From Myxococcales bacterium (GTDB lineage: Bacteria; Myxococcota_A; UBA9042): DNA of 54,304 nucleotides. The notes under the pieces are model-generated. The model had not been told where the DNA came from. It searched no databases and was given only the letters and a program-made list of their open reading frames with translations. This document shows positions 45,870 through 54,304 of this stretch, piece by piece. Made by a program: the position numbers and the translations under genes. Each line of letters opens with the position of its first letter. The first letter of the stretch is position 1. The stretch spans positions 1 through 54,304 of the forward strand of contig JBBISH010000029.1 of the NCBI GenBank assembly GCA_037441385.1, read 5' to 3'.

Positions 45870-47996
45870 CTAGATGAAGTACCACGCCAGCGCCGCGACG
45901 CCGACCACCAGACCCACCAAGTAGGCCTGCACTTCGCCGTTCTGCACCACACGGCCCACATTGGACAGGCCGAGCAGGATCAAGCCCGGTCCCCGCACCA
46001 TCAGGGCGTCGACCAGGAAGCGGTCCACCAACTGGAACAACAGTTGCGACACCGCCCGCAGGGGCTTGATGATCGCCGCGAAGTACAGCTCGTCGACCCA
46101 GTATTTGTTGAGCAGCAGGTTGTGAACCGGGCCCGAAGCCGCTGCGATCTTGGCCACTTGCTCGCTTGGGCCGGCCTTGTACAGCGACCAGGCCAGGCCG
46201 ACGCCGATCGCCGCCACCACCGTGGAGCCGGCCATCAGCCCGTACTCCATGGCAGGCTCCAAGTGGCCGTGCACCAGCTCTTTGCCGCGGCCCAGCACCG
46301 GCTCTAGCCACTGGAAGAACTTGTTCCACTCGCCGTGGTGGAAGGGCATGCCCAGCCAGCCGCCCACCACCGACAGGAACGCCAGGATGATCAGCGCCGA
46401 AGCCATCGGCCAGGGCGAGTCGTGGGCGTGATCCCAGGTGTGGTGATCGCCGCGGTACTCGCCGGCAAACGTCATGAAGTACAGGCGGAACATGTAGAAC
46501 GCCGTCATCAGCGCGGCCAGCAGGCCCAGGCCAAAGGCGATCTTGCGGAACACGCCCAGGCCGTGCACGGACTCGACGTAGGCCTTGCGCAGCTCGGACG
46601 ACTTCTTCTCGACGTCCTTTTTGTCCACTTCGCCCAAGGTCTTGCCCTTGGCCAGCGCTTCGGTGGCGACCTGCGCCTCGGCCTGCCGCTCGAAGCCGGG
46701 CTCGAAGTACTTCTCGAGCTTCTCGGTCTCGGGATGGAAGGCCAGCGTTTCCGCCAAGATGGCATCTTTGCTGAAGAAGCCCGCCAGCGGCGGCAGACCG
46801 GCGATGGCGATGCACGAGATGAGGAAGGTGGCGTGCACCTTGGGCAATTTCTTGCGCAGTCCGCCCATGTTGCGGATATCCTGCTCGTGGTGCATGGCGT
46901 GGATGACCGCGCCCGCGCCCAAGAACAAGCAAGCCTTGAAGAAGGCGTGGGTGAACAGGTGGAACACGCCCGCCGCGAACGCACCGGCCCCGACGGCGAT
47001 GAACATGTAGCCCAGCTGCGAAACCGTAGAGTAGGCCAGGACTTTCTTGATGTCGTTCTGCACCAGGCCGATCGACGCCGCCATCAGCGCGGTCAGCGCG
47101 CCCACCACCATCACCACCGTCATGGCGTGGGGGCTCAGCGCAAACAGAAAGTTCAGGCGGGCGATCATGTACACGCCGGCGGTGACCATGGTGGCGGCGT
47201 GGATGAGGGCCGAGACGGGGGTCGGGCCGGCCATGGCGTCGGGCAGCCAGACATACAGTGGGATCTGCGCGGACTTGCCGGCGGCGCCGACGAACAGCAG
47301 CAGGCAGATGAGCGTGATGGTCGGCGCGTGCGCCAGGGTCTTGACCGAGTCCGAGAACAGCAGCTTCAGGTTATCGTAGTCGACCGAGCCGTTGCCGTAG
47401 GCGAGCAGCAAGAAGATCGCCACTACGAAGCCGATGTCGCCGATGCGGTTGACCACAAAGGCCTTTTGCCCGGCCTCGGCCTTGTCCATGTCCTTGAACC
47501 AGAAGCCGATCAGCAGGTACGAGCAGGCGCCCACGCCTTCCCAGCCGATGAACAGCATCGCCAGGTTCTTGCCCAGCACCAACATCAGCATCGAGAAGAT
47601 GAACAGGTTCAAGTAGGCGAAATAGCGCCAGTAGCCGGGGTCATCGTGCATGTACGAGGTGGAGTACAGGTGCACCAGGAAGCCGACACCCGTGACCACC
47701 AGGATCATCACGCTCGACAGCGGATCCAGCAAGAACGCCATGTCGAACGAGTAGTTGCCCGCGGCGATCCAGTGGAACAGCTCGGTGCGGAACGCCGCCT
47801 CGGGATTGGCGGCCGTCGCCTGGCGCAGCGACAGGAAGCCCATCACCGACAAGCAGAACGACGCCAGCACGGCGGTGTTGGAGATGAAGAAGACCGTCTC
47901 GCGCGAGAACCGCTTGCCGAACAAGCCGTTCACGATGCCGCCCAGCAGCGGCAGGCCGACGATCAGGGGGAGGAAGGCAGAAGGATTCCAGTCCAC
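45870..47996 (-). CDS. nuoL: NADH-quinone oxidoreductase subunit L
   Basis: 'GWEGVG', 'NRIGD', 'GKSAQIPLYVWLPDAMAGPTPVSALIHAATMV', 'THAFFKACLFL', 'GFFSKD'. Confidence 0.95.
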   Translation of the reverse strand: MDWNPSAFLPLIVGLPLLGGIVNGLFGKRFSRETVFFISNTAVLASFCLSVMGFLSLRQATAANPEAAFRTELFHWIAAGNYSFDMAFLLDPLSSVMILVVTGVGFLVHLYSTSYMHDDPGYWRYFAYLNLFIFSMLMLVLGKNLAMLFIGWEGVGACSYLLIGFWFKDMDKAEAGQKAFVVNRIGDIGFVVAIFLLLAYGNGSVDYDNLKLLFSDSVKTLAHAPTITLICLLLFVGAAGKSAQIPLYVWLPDAMAGPTPVSALIHAATMVTAGVYMIARLNFLFALSPHAMTVVMVVGALTALMAASIGLVQNDIKKVLAYSTVSQLGYMFIAVGAGAFAAGVFHLFTHAFFKACLFLGAGAVIHAMHHEQDIRNMGGLRKKLPKVHATFLISCIAIAGLPPLAGFFSKDAILAETLAFHPETEKLEKYFEPGFERQAEAQVATEALAKGKTLGEVDKKDVEKKSSELRKAYVESVHGLGVFRKIAFGLGLLAALMTAFYMFRLYFMTFAGEYRGDHHTWDHAHDSPWPMASALIILAFLSVVGGWLGMPFHHGEWNKFFQWLEPVLGRGKELVHGHLEPAMEYGLMAGSTVVAAIGVGLAWSLYKAGPSEQVAKIAAASGPVHNLLLNKYWVDELYFAAIIKPLRAVSQLLFQLVDRFLVDALMVRGPGLILLGLSNVGRVVQNGEVQAYLVGLVVGVAALAWYFI

Positions 47997-48020
47997 GGAA
48001 GGCTCCTCAGTCGGTCAGAC

Positions 48021-48329
48021 TTAGCGCTTCAGGAGCTTGAGCTCGTCGACGTACACGGTTTGCTTCAGACGGAACACAGCCAGCACCATCGCCAAGCCCA
48101 CCGCCGCTTCGGCTGCCGCCACCGCGATGATGAAGAAGGCCAGGACATGACCCTCGGTCCAGCCGTTGTAGCGCGAGAACGCCACCAGGGTCAGGTTGAC
48201 GGCGTTGAGCATGACTTCGATCGACATCAGCATCACAAGGACGTTGCGCCGCGTCATGACGCCGATCATGCCCAGCGTGAACAGCGCAGCGGCCAGAATC
48301 AGCAGGTGTCCCAAAGGAATTGCGGTCAT
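48021..48329 (-). CDS. nuoK: NADH-quinone oxidoreductase subunit K
   Basis: 'RRNVLVMLMSIEVMLNAVNL', 'VAAAEAAVGLA'. Confidence 0.95.
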   Translation of the reverse strand: MTAIPLGHLLILAAALFTLGMIGVMTRRNVLVMLMSIEVMLNAVNLTLVAFSRYNGWTEGHVLAFFIIAVAAAEAAVGLAMVLAVFRLKQTVYVDELKLLKR

Positions 48330-48355
48330 GGCAGGCTCCGTTTGGTGGGTGGCGT

Positions 48356-49021
48356 CTAGTGGTGGCCGTGATCGTCGTGGGCGGGCGCCGCCTCGGGCTT
48401 GTTGGCCAGGCGGTTCAGCTTGGCCGGCGGCGGCTCGGGCTGATCGATGTAGTGCAGCGAGCGCTTGGCCAGGACGACCGCGCCCACCGCCGCTACCAGC
48501 AGCAAGACCGACACCAGCTCGAACGGTACCAAGAAGGTGCTGTACAGCATGCGGCCTACGGTGCGGATGGTGCCGTAGTTCTCGTAGCCGCCAGCGGTGA
48601 GCGTTTTCCACTCGTTGCCTTCCAGCTTGCCGGCGTAGGGCGTCAGGTCCACGCTTTGCGCGCCGCCGGTCGCCAAGGTGATCGCGGTGATCAGCTTGCC
48701 GAACACGAACAGGCCGATGATGCCGGCGATGACCTTGATGGCGGTCAGGCGTACGGGTTGGATCTCGTCGGGCTGCAGGTTCAGCAGCATGATCACAAAG
48801 GTGAAAAGCACCATCACCGCGCCAGCGTAGACGATGATCTGCAGGGCCGACAGCAAGTGTGCGCTCAGCAGCGCGTACAGGCCCGCCAGGCAGAACAGCG
48901 ACCCAACCAGCGACAGCGCCGAGTGGATGGGGTTGCGGCCCACGTTGGGCAGCAGCATCGCCGCGGCAAAGGCCAGAGCGCCGCCGCCGAGCACATAAAA
49001 CAGGATGAGTTCCATGGACAT
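48356..49021 (-). CDS. nuoJ: NADH-quinone oxidoreductase subunit J
   Basis: 'NPIHSALSL', 'QIIVYAGAVMVLFTFVIMLLN', 'PFELVSVLLLVA.VGAVVLA'; GAGGAG SD. Confidence 0.93.
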   Translation of the reverse strand: MSMELILFYVLGGGALAFAAAMLLPNVGRNPIHSALSLVGSLFCLAGLYALLSAHLLSALQIIVYAGAVMVLFTFVIMLLNLQPDEIQPVRLTAIKVIAGIIGLFVFGKLITAITLATGGAQSVDLTPYAGKLEGNEWKTLTAGGYENYGTIRTVGRMLYSTFLVPFELVSVLLLVAAVGAVVLAKRSLHYIDQPEPPPAKLNRLANKPEAAPAHDDHGHH

Positions 49022-49078
49022 CCCGTCCTCCTCGCAGCGCAACCCAGCCATTCGGCTCGTCGCGCTGGCGCTAACCCG

Positions 49079-50327
<1,249 letters not shown>

Positions 50328-50335
<8 letters not shown>

Positions 50336-50912
50336 GGGAGTGGCCTCCGTGCTCGTGGCCGGTCCAGCCGACCGACGGACCAAGTCGCGCGCCCTCTTGC
50401 TGCAGTTCGGCAAGGATTTCGCGCATCTTGGTCGGCGTCACGTTGAAGTAGTCCTTCTTGTTGATCTGGAGCGTCGGGGCGCGCTCGCAGGCGCACAGGC
50501 ACTGGACCTGCTCCAGCGTGAACAGACCGTCGGCGCTAGTCTCGCCGGGGCCGATGCCCAGCACTTCGCGGGCCGCCGCCACCAGATCGTCGGCGCCGAG
50601 CAGGAAGCACGACACGTTGGTGCAGATCTGGATGTGGAAGCGCCCGTGCGGCGTCTTGTACAGCATCGTGTAGAACATCGCCGTAGCCAGCACAGTGGTT
50701 ACAGGGAGTTCCAACGTGCGCGCCACCAGTTCCATGGCGCCCGGCTTCAGCCAGCCGAACTCGTCTTGCGCCAAGTACAGCGTGGGAATCAGCGCGCCCT
50801 GCTTGCGCGGGTAGCGCGTCAGCAGGTCCTGGATTTTGGCTTGGGTCGCCGCCGAGAAACTCAAGTCCTCGTGCGGGCTTTGGGTATCGTGGTCCATCTG
50901 GTGCGCAGCCAT
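50328..50912 (-). CDS. nuoE: NADH-quinone oxidoreductase subunit E
   Basis: 'ALIPTLYLAQ', 'FYTM', 'ICTNVSC', 'QCLCAC.RAP' 2Fe-2S ligands. Confidence 0.93.
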
Positions 50913-51148
50913 CGTTGCCTCGGGCGTCCGCTCGTGGGCGGCAGCGGGGCGCGACCGGAAAGACCGGTCGACGCGGGCGGTAGTTAGCTCCAGGCGGCTG
51001 GCAGTGTCAAGGATGCCGGGCGCTCCAGCGTCATTGCATCGTCGCGGGGGCAACGTGCTTGGTTTTTGCCCTCTGCGCGGGCTGGGTTACGCTGGCGCCG
51101 GCTTGGCGGACTGGGCCCGCTCAAGCGCTGAAAAAACCGAGGTTAGGC

Positions 51149-51889
51149 ATGCGCGGATTCATCTTGGCGGCGGGATTGGGCACACGGCTGCGGCCCCTGA
51201 CGGATCACACCCCCAAACCGCTGGTGCCGGTGGCCGGAGTGCCGCTCGTCGAACGAGCCGTGCTGCAGCTCCGCGACGTGGGCGTGCGCGAAATCGGCGT
51301 CAATCTGTTCCACCTGGGGCAGCAGATTGCCGACTACCTGGGCAGCGGCGAACGCTATGGCGTGGCGTTGACCTACTTCTTTGAGGGCCCGGAGATTTTG
51401 GGCACCGGCGGCGGGCTGAAGAACGCCGAAGTATTCCTGCGCGGCGGTGGCGACCGCTTCGTGCTGGCCAACGGCGACGTGTGGCACGACTTTGACTTGC
51501 GGACGCTGCTGCAGGCCCACCGGCCCGAGGCGCTGGCCACGCTCCTCGTGCATCGCGCGCCGCACCGTCCCGAGCTGCACAGCGTCTTTGTGCGCCAAGA
51601 CCAGCCCGGTTCCGGGACGTTGGCGCACATTCGCGGCAAGCCCCGCGAGGTCCCCAGCGACTTTGCCGTCATCTACACGGGCATCGGCGTGTATGCGACG
51701 CGGCTGCTGGACCGATTGCCGGCGGGGCGGGCGGCGTGCCTGGTGCAAGATGGCATGTTGCCCGCGCTGGCCGAAGGCGACGTAGTGCGTTGGGTTGAGC
51801 CGCCCGGCGCCTGGTTCGACTGCGGCACGCGCGCCGAGCTGCTGCGGGCGTCGCTGTACGCCCTGAAGCGGCGTGGTGAAAATCGCTGA
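51149..51889 (+). CDS. Sugar-phosphate nucleotidyltransferase (MurU-like)
   Basis: 'ILAAGLGTRLRPLT...PKPLVPV', 'LGTGGGL', 'NGDV', 'WFDCGT'. Confidence 0.88.
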   Translation: MRGFILAAGLGTRLRPLTDHTPKPLVPVAGVPLVERAVLQLRDVGVREIGVNLFHLGQQIADYLGSGERYGVALTYFFEGPEILGTGGGLKNAEVFLRGGGDRFVLANGDVWHDFDLRTLLQAHRPEALATLLVHRAPHRPELHSVFVRQDQPGSGTLAHIRGKPREVPSDFAVIYTGIGVYATRLLDRLPAGRAACLVQDGMLPALAEGDVVRWVEPPGAWFDCGTRAELLRASLYALKRRGENR

Positions 51890-51901
51890 TAGAAATCCGA
51901 G

Positions 51902-52462
51902 CTACTCGATCTCGACCGCGCGCGCCAGGTGACCGTGCTGGTCGCAGAGCAGGGTCACGCGCTGTCCCGCCAACGGTTGGTGGCGGTTGCCCAACGCGGC
52001 GAGTTCTAGCGGAACCTGGCGCCGGCCGCTGTCGATCAAGGCACCGAGATGCAGCCGCGCTGGCACGCCCCAGTCCAGGAGCGCGCCCAGGGCCGCGTGC
52101 GCCAGCCAACCGCTGCCCAAGACATCGGTCAGCAGGAGTAAGTCGGCGCCCGTCACCGGTCCCGGCAGCGCGGTCGGCAGCACAGCAAAGTCGTCGTCGA
52201 CGTCGAGCAATTGGGTGTGGCGCGACACCGCCAGCGTCGCTAGGACCGGCGTTTCACCGCTATCCAGGGCCAGGATGGCGGCCACCTCACCCGCGACCGC
52301 CACGCCGCCCGGCGAGTACGCTACGAGCCACGGCAGCGGCGCCTCGGGGCCCGCACGCAGCGCCAGGACGTCGTCGGCCAAGTTGCGCAGCAGCTGCTCC
52401 AGGTCGCCGCGCTCCAGCACGGCCGGGCCCTCGGCTATTTGCTCGGATCCCAGTTGTCGCAT
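51902..52462 (-). CDS. Degenerate PyrR-like phosphoribosyltransferase-fold protein
   Basis: 'PTALPGPVTG..LLLLTDVLGSG...AALGALLDWGVPARLHLGALIDSGRRQVPL' parallels the PyrR C-terminal half, but the DD..TGRT motif is altered. Confidence 0.65.
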   Translation of the reverse strand: MRQLGSEQIAEGPAVLERGDLEQLLRNLADDVLALRAGPEAPLPWLVAYSPGGVAVAGEVAAILALDSGETPVLATLAVSRHTQLLDVDDDFAVLPTALPGPVTGADLLLLTDVLGSGWLAHAALGALLDWGVPARLHLGALIDSGRRQVPLELAALGNRHQPLAGQRVTLLCDQHGHLARAVEIE

Positions 52463-53544
52463 GTTTCCCCCGGCACGTCTTGGTGCACCGCTTGGAACAT
52501 GCGCGACCATACGGGCTTGTACCAGTCTTCGTCAAAGGCCCACCAGCGCACCGCGGCCTTGCCCTTGACGGTATCGAGCGGCACCAGGCCAAAGAACCGG
52601 CCGTCCTTGCTGTTGTCGCGGTTGTCGCCCATCACCAACAAATTGCCCGGCGGGACCACAAAATCCGGGAAGTTGGGGTTGTCGGGCGGGCTGTACTGCT
52701 GGGCGTGCGGGCCATAGCGCAGGCCGTTCCACAGCGGCGGCGGCCAGTCGGGGTTGTTGTCGGCGTCGCTCAGGTCGGCCTCTACGGCCACGTGGTGCTG
52801 GGTCACGTACAGATGACCGCCCACACACTCTTGTGCGATGCGGCACTTGCGGCCCGCCATCGACTCTTGGCCGCACTCCCCTAGTTCCGCCAGGATCTTG
52901 CGCTTGACCGGCTTGCCGTTGAGCCAAAGCACGTTGTCTTTGAGGCGCACGCGGTCGCCCGGAACGCCAATGACACGCTTGATCAGGTCCTTGCCGCCCG
53001 AGTCCGCGTCCTCGTCGTACGGATACTCAAAGACCACGATCTCGCCCGGCTTGGGGTCGCGTAGGGGCAGGAACTTGGTGCGGGTAAAGGGGATCTTCAA
53101 CCCGAACATGAACTTGTTCACGAACAAGTGATCGTGGATCTGCAGCGTGGGAATCATCGAGCCGGTGGGGATCTTGAACGCCTCGAAAACAAAGGCGCGA
53201 ATGCCCAGGGTGAGCAGCACGGCCCAGGCGATGGCCTCGACGTACTCGCGGGTCGGGGACTTGCGCCACGCGCCCAGGTGAAGAGTCAGACTTTCGTCAA
53301 AAACGGCCACAGCGCGGTCGAATTGTTCGACTTGTTCGGCGCTCGCGTCGGGCGGAGTGCTTTGGCGATGGGCGCGCAAGTTGCCCAGTTGATCGGCCAA
53401 GACGGCCTGCACATCGGCGGGCAAGTGTTTGCCGTGCTTCTTGATCAGGCGCGCGCCCGTCACGTCGAGGTAGTCTGCCTTTTCGCGCAGGTCGCGCACC
53501 CAGCGGCGCAGCGCTCGCGGGTTGGTGGTGGGATGGACAGTCAC
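52435..53544 (-). CDS. lepB: Signal peptidase I
   Basis: 'EAFKIPTGSMIPTL', 'DLIKRVIGVPGD', 'MGDNRDNSKDGR'; N-terminal extension. GTG start inferred. Confidence 0.93.
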   Translation of the reverse strand: MTVHPTTNPRALRRWVRDLREKADYLDVTGARLIKKHGKHLPADVQAVLADQLGNLRAHRQSTPPDASAEQVEQFDRAVAVFDESLTLHLGAWRKSPTREYVEAIAWAVLLTLGIRAFVFEAFKIPTGSMIPTLQIHDHLFVNKFMFGLKIPFTRTKFLPLRDPKPGEIVVFEYPYDEDADSGGKDLIKRVIGVPGDRVRLKDNVLWLNGKPVKRKILAELGECGQESMAGRKCRIAQECVGGHLYVTQHHVAVEADLSDADNNPDWPPPLWNGLRYGPHAQQYSPPDNPNFPDFVVPPGNLLVMGDNRDNSKDGRFFGLVPLDTVKGKAAVRWWAFDEDWYKPVWSRMFQAVHQDVPGETCDNWDPSK

Positions 53545-53662
53545 GTGGGGCGTACCTTGAGCCGCGGTCGAACGGGGCGGCGCGTTGCAGTGCAACACCC
53601 CTGGGGTGTGCGTGATTCCTTGGGTGTGCGCCGCTCGACGCGGCAGGCGCTGCCGCCGCGAC

Positions 53663-53713
53663 GCAAAAACGCCCAGCGGCGGCTGAGGGCCAAGAGCCTA
53701 CAGCCGCCGCTGG
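53663..53713 (-). terminator. Putative intrinsic terminator
   Basis: 13-bp stem CCAGCGGCGGCTG/CAGCCGCCGCTGG, followed on the minus strand by GCGTTTTTGC, just after the stop at 53736. Confidence 0.6.
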
Positions 53714-53735
53714 ATCTTCTCAACCTGGCGCGGCC

Positions 53736-54304
53736 TTATTTGTCGGCGCGCACCATGATGTCTTCGACGAAGATGCCCGCGCTGGAGTTCCAGAGCGGCG
53801 CGGTGCCGGCGTTGTTGGTGCAGTCACCCGAGTCGAAGATGAATTCGACCACGACCTTCTTGCCCACCAGCGCCGAGACGTCCAGCGAGATGACGCCCCA
53901 CTTCTTGTAGATGAGCGACTTGTCCGGCGTAAAGGTGGTCGCCGCATTGGTGACCGCGTCGCGCACCACCACGGTGAAGGCGTCCCAACCACCCGAGGTC
54001 TCGCCGTCGAACAGGGCCTTGAACGTGAGGAACGTCTTGGCACCGGCGGTCGGCGAGGCGGCGATCGTGAACGCGGCCGTCTTGGCGGTACCACCCACCT
54101 TGGTCGCGCCGGCCGGACAGCTGAAGTCGTACTGGCCCTTGACCGTCGCGCTGGCCGCACTGACGTTCAGCGAGCAGTCGCCCGACAGGTACGCCTTGCC
54201 GCCGTTGTTGTCGACGCCCCAACCCACAGCGTTGAAGTTGTTGAAGGTAAAGGCCGTCGCGTTGGCGCAGGTCACCATCTCGCCGTAGGACGGCGCGGGG
54301 ATTT
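53736..54304 (-). CDS. 3' part of a probable secreted protein (C-terminal beta-sandwich), truncated by the window edge
   Basis: Frame open to the window end; 'W...SLDVSALVGKKVVVEFIFDSGD...GIFVEDI.V' jelly-roll-like ending. Confidence 0.6.
   Translation of the reverse strand, partial: IPAPSYGEMVTCANATAFTFNNFNAVGWGVDNNGGKAYLSGDCSLNVSAASATVKGQYDFSCPAGATKVGGTAKTAAFTIAASPTAGAKTFLTFKALFDGETSGGWDAFTVVVRDAVTNAATTFTPDKSLIYKKWGVISLDVSALVGKKVVVEFIFDSGDCTNNAGTAPLWNSSAGIFVEDIMVRADK

Noticed and set aside
50981..51010. Sigma-70 promoter for nuoE (TTGACA on the minus strand at 51005-51010)
   Set aside because: The -35 is perfect, but there is no good -10 at 16-18 nt spacing, so it was not called.

Overview
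GC-rich bacterial chromosomal segment. The gene content (Ser/Thr kinase, FHA and PEGA proteins, Cys-rich lipoproteins, PxxKW protein) suggests a Myxococcota/deltaproteobacterial origin; this is inference. The main accessory element is an ~18.7-kb contractile injection system (eCIS/Afp-PVC-like) locus at 3065-21716. Its order is: tail-assembly chaperone, start-less partner ORF apparently reached by a -1 frameshift, sheath, tube with a Lys/Pro-rich extension, 1529-aa tape-measure-like protein, LysM tube initiator, gp27-like hub, gp25, baseplate J, PASTA-fused gpI-like wedge, fibre-like protein, FHA protein, and a membrane vWA-FHA protein. No spike, PAAR, AAA ATPase or terminator gene is visible in the window. 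A membrane Ser/Thr kinase lies upstream and a dual-specificity phosphatase downstream. The rest is mostly housekeeping (ftsY, accC/accB, prmA, rsmE, THUMP methyltransferase, nuoEFJKLMN, nucleotidyltransferase, lepB) mixed with secreted proteins and lipoproteins. A ~135-bp structured element occurs twice, each time supplying an in-frame ATG to the downstream minus-strand gene. All family calls come from motifs recognised by eye; no database searches were run.
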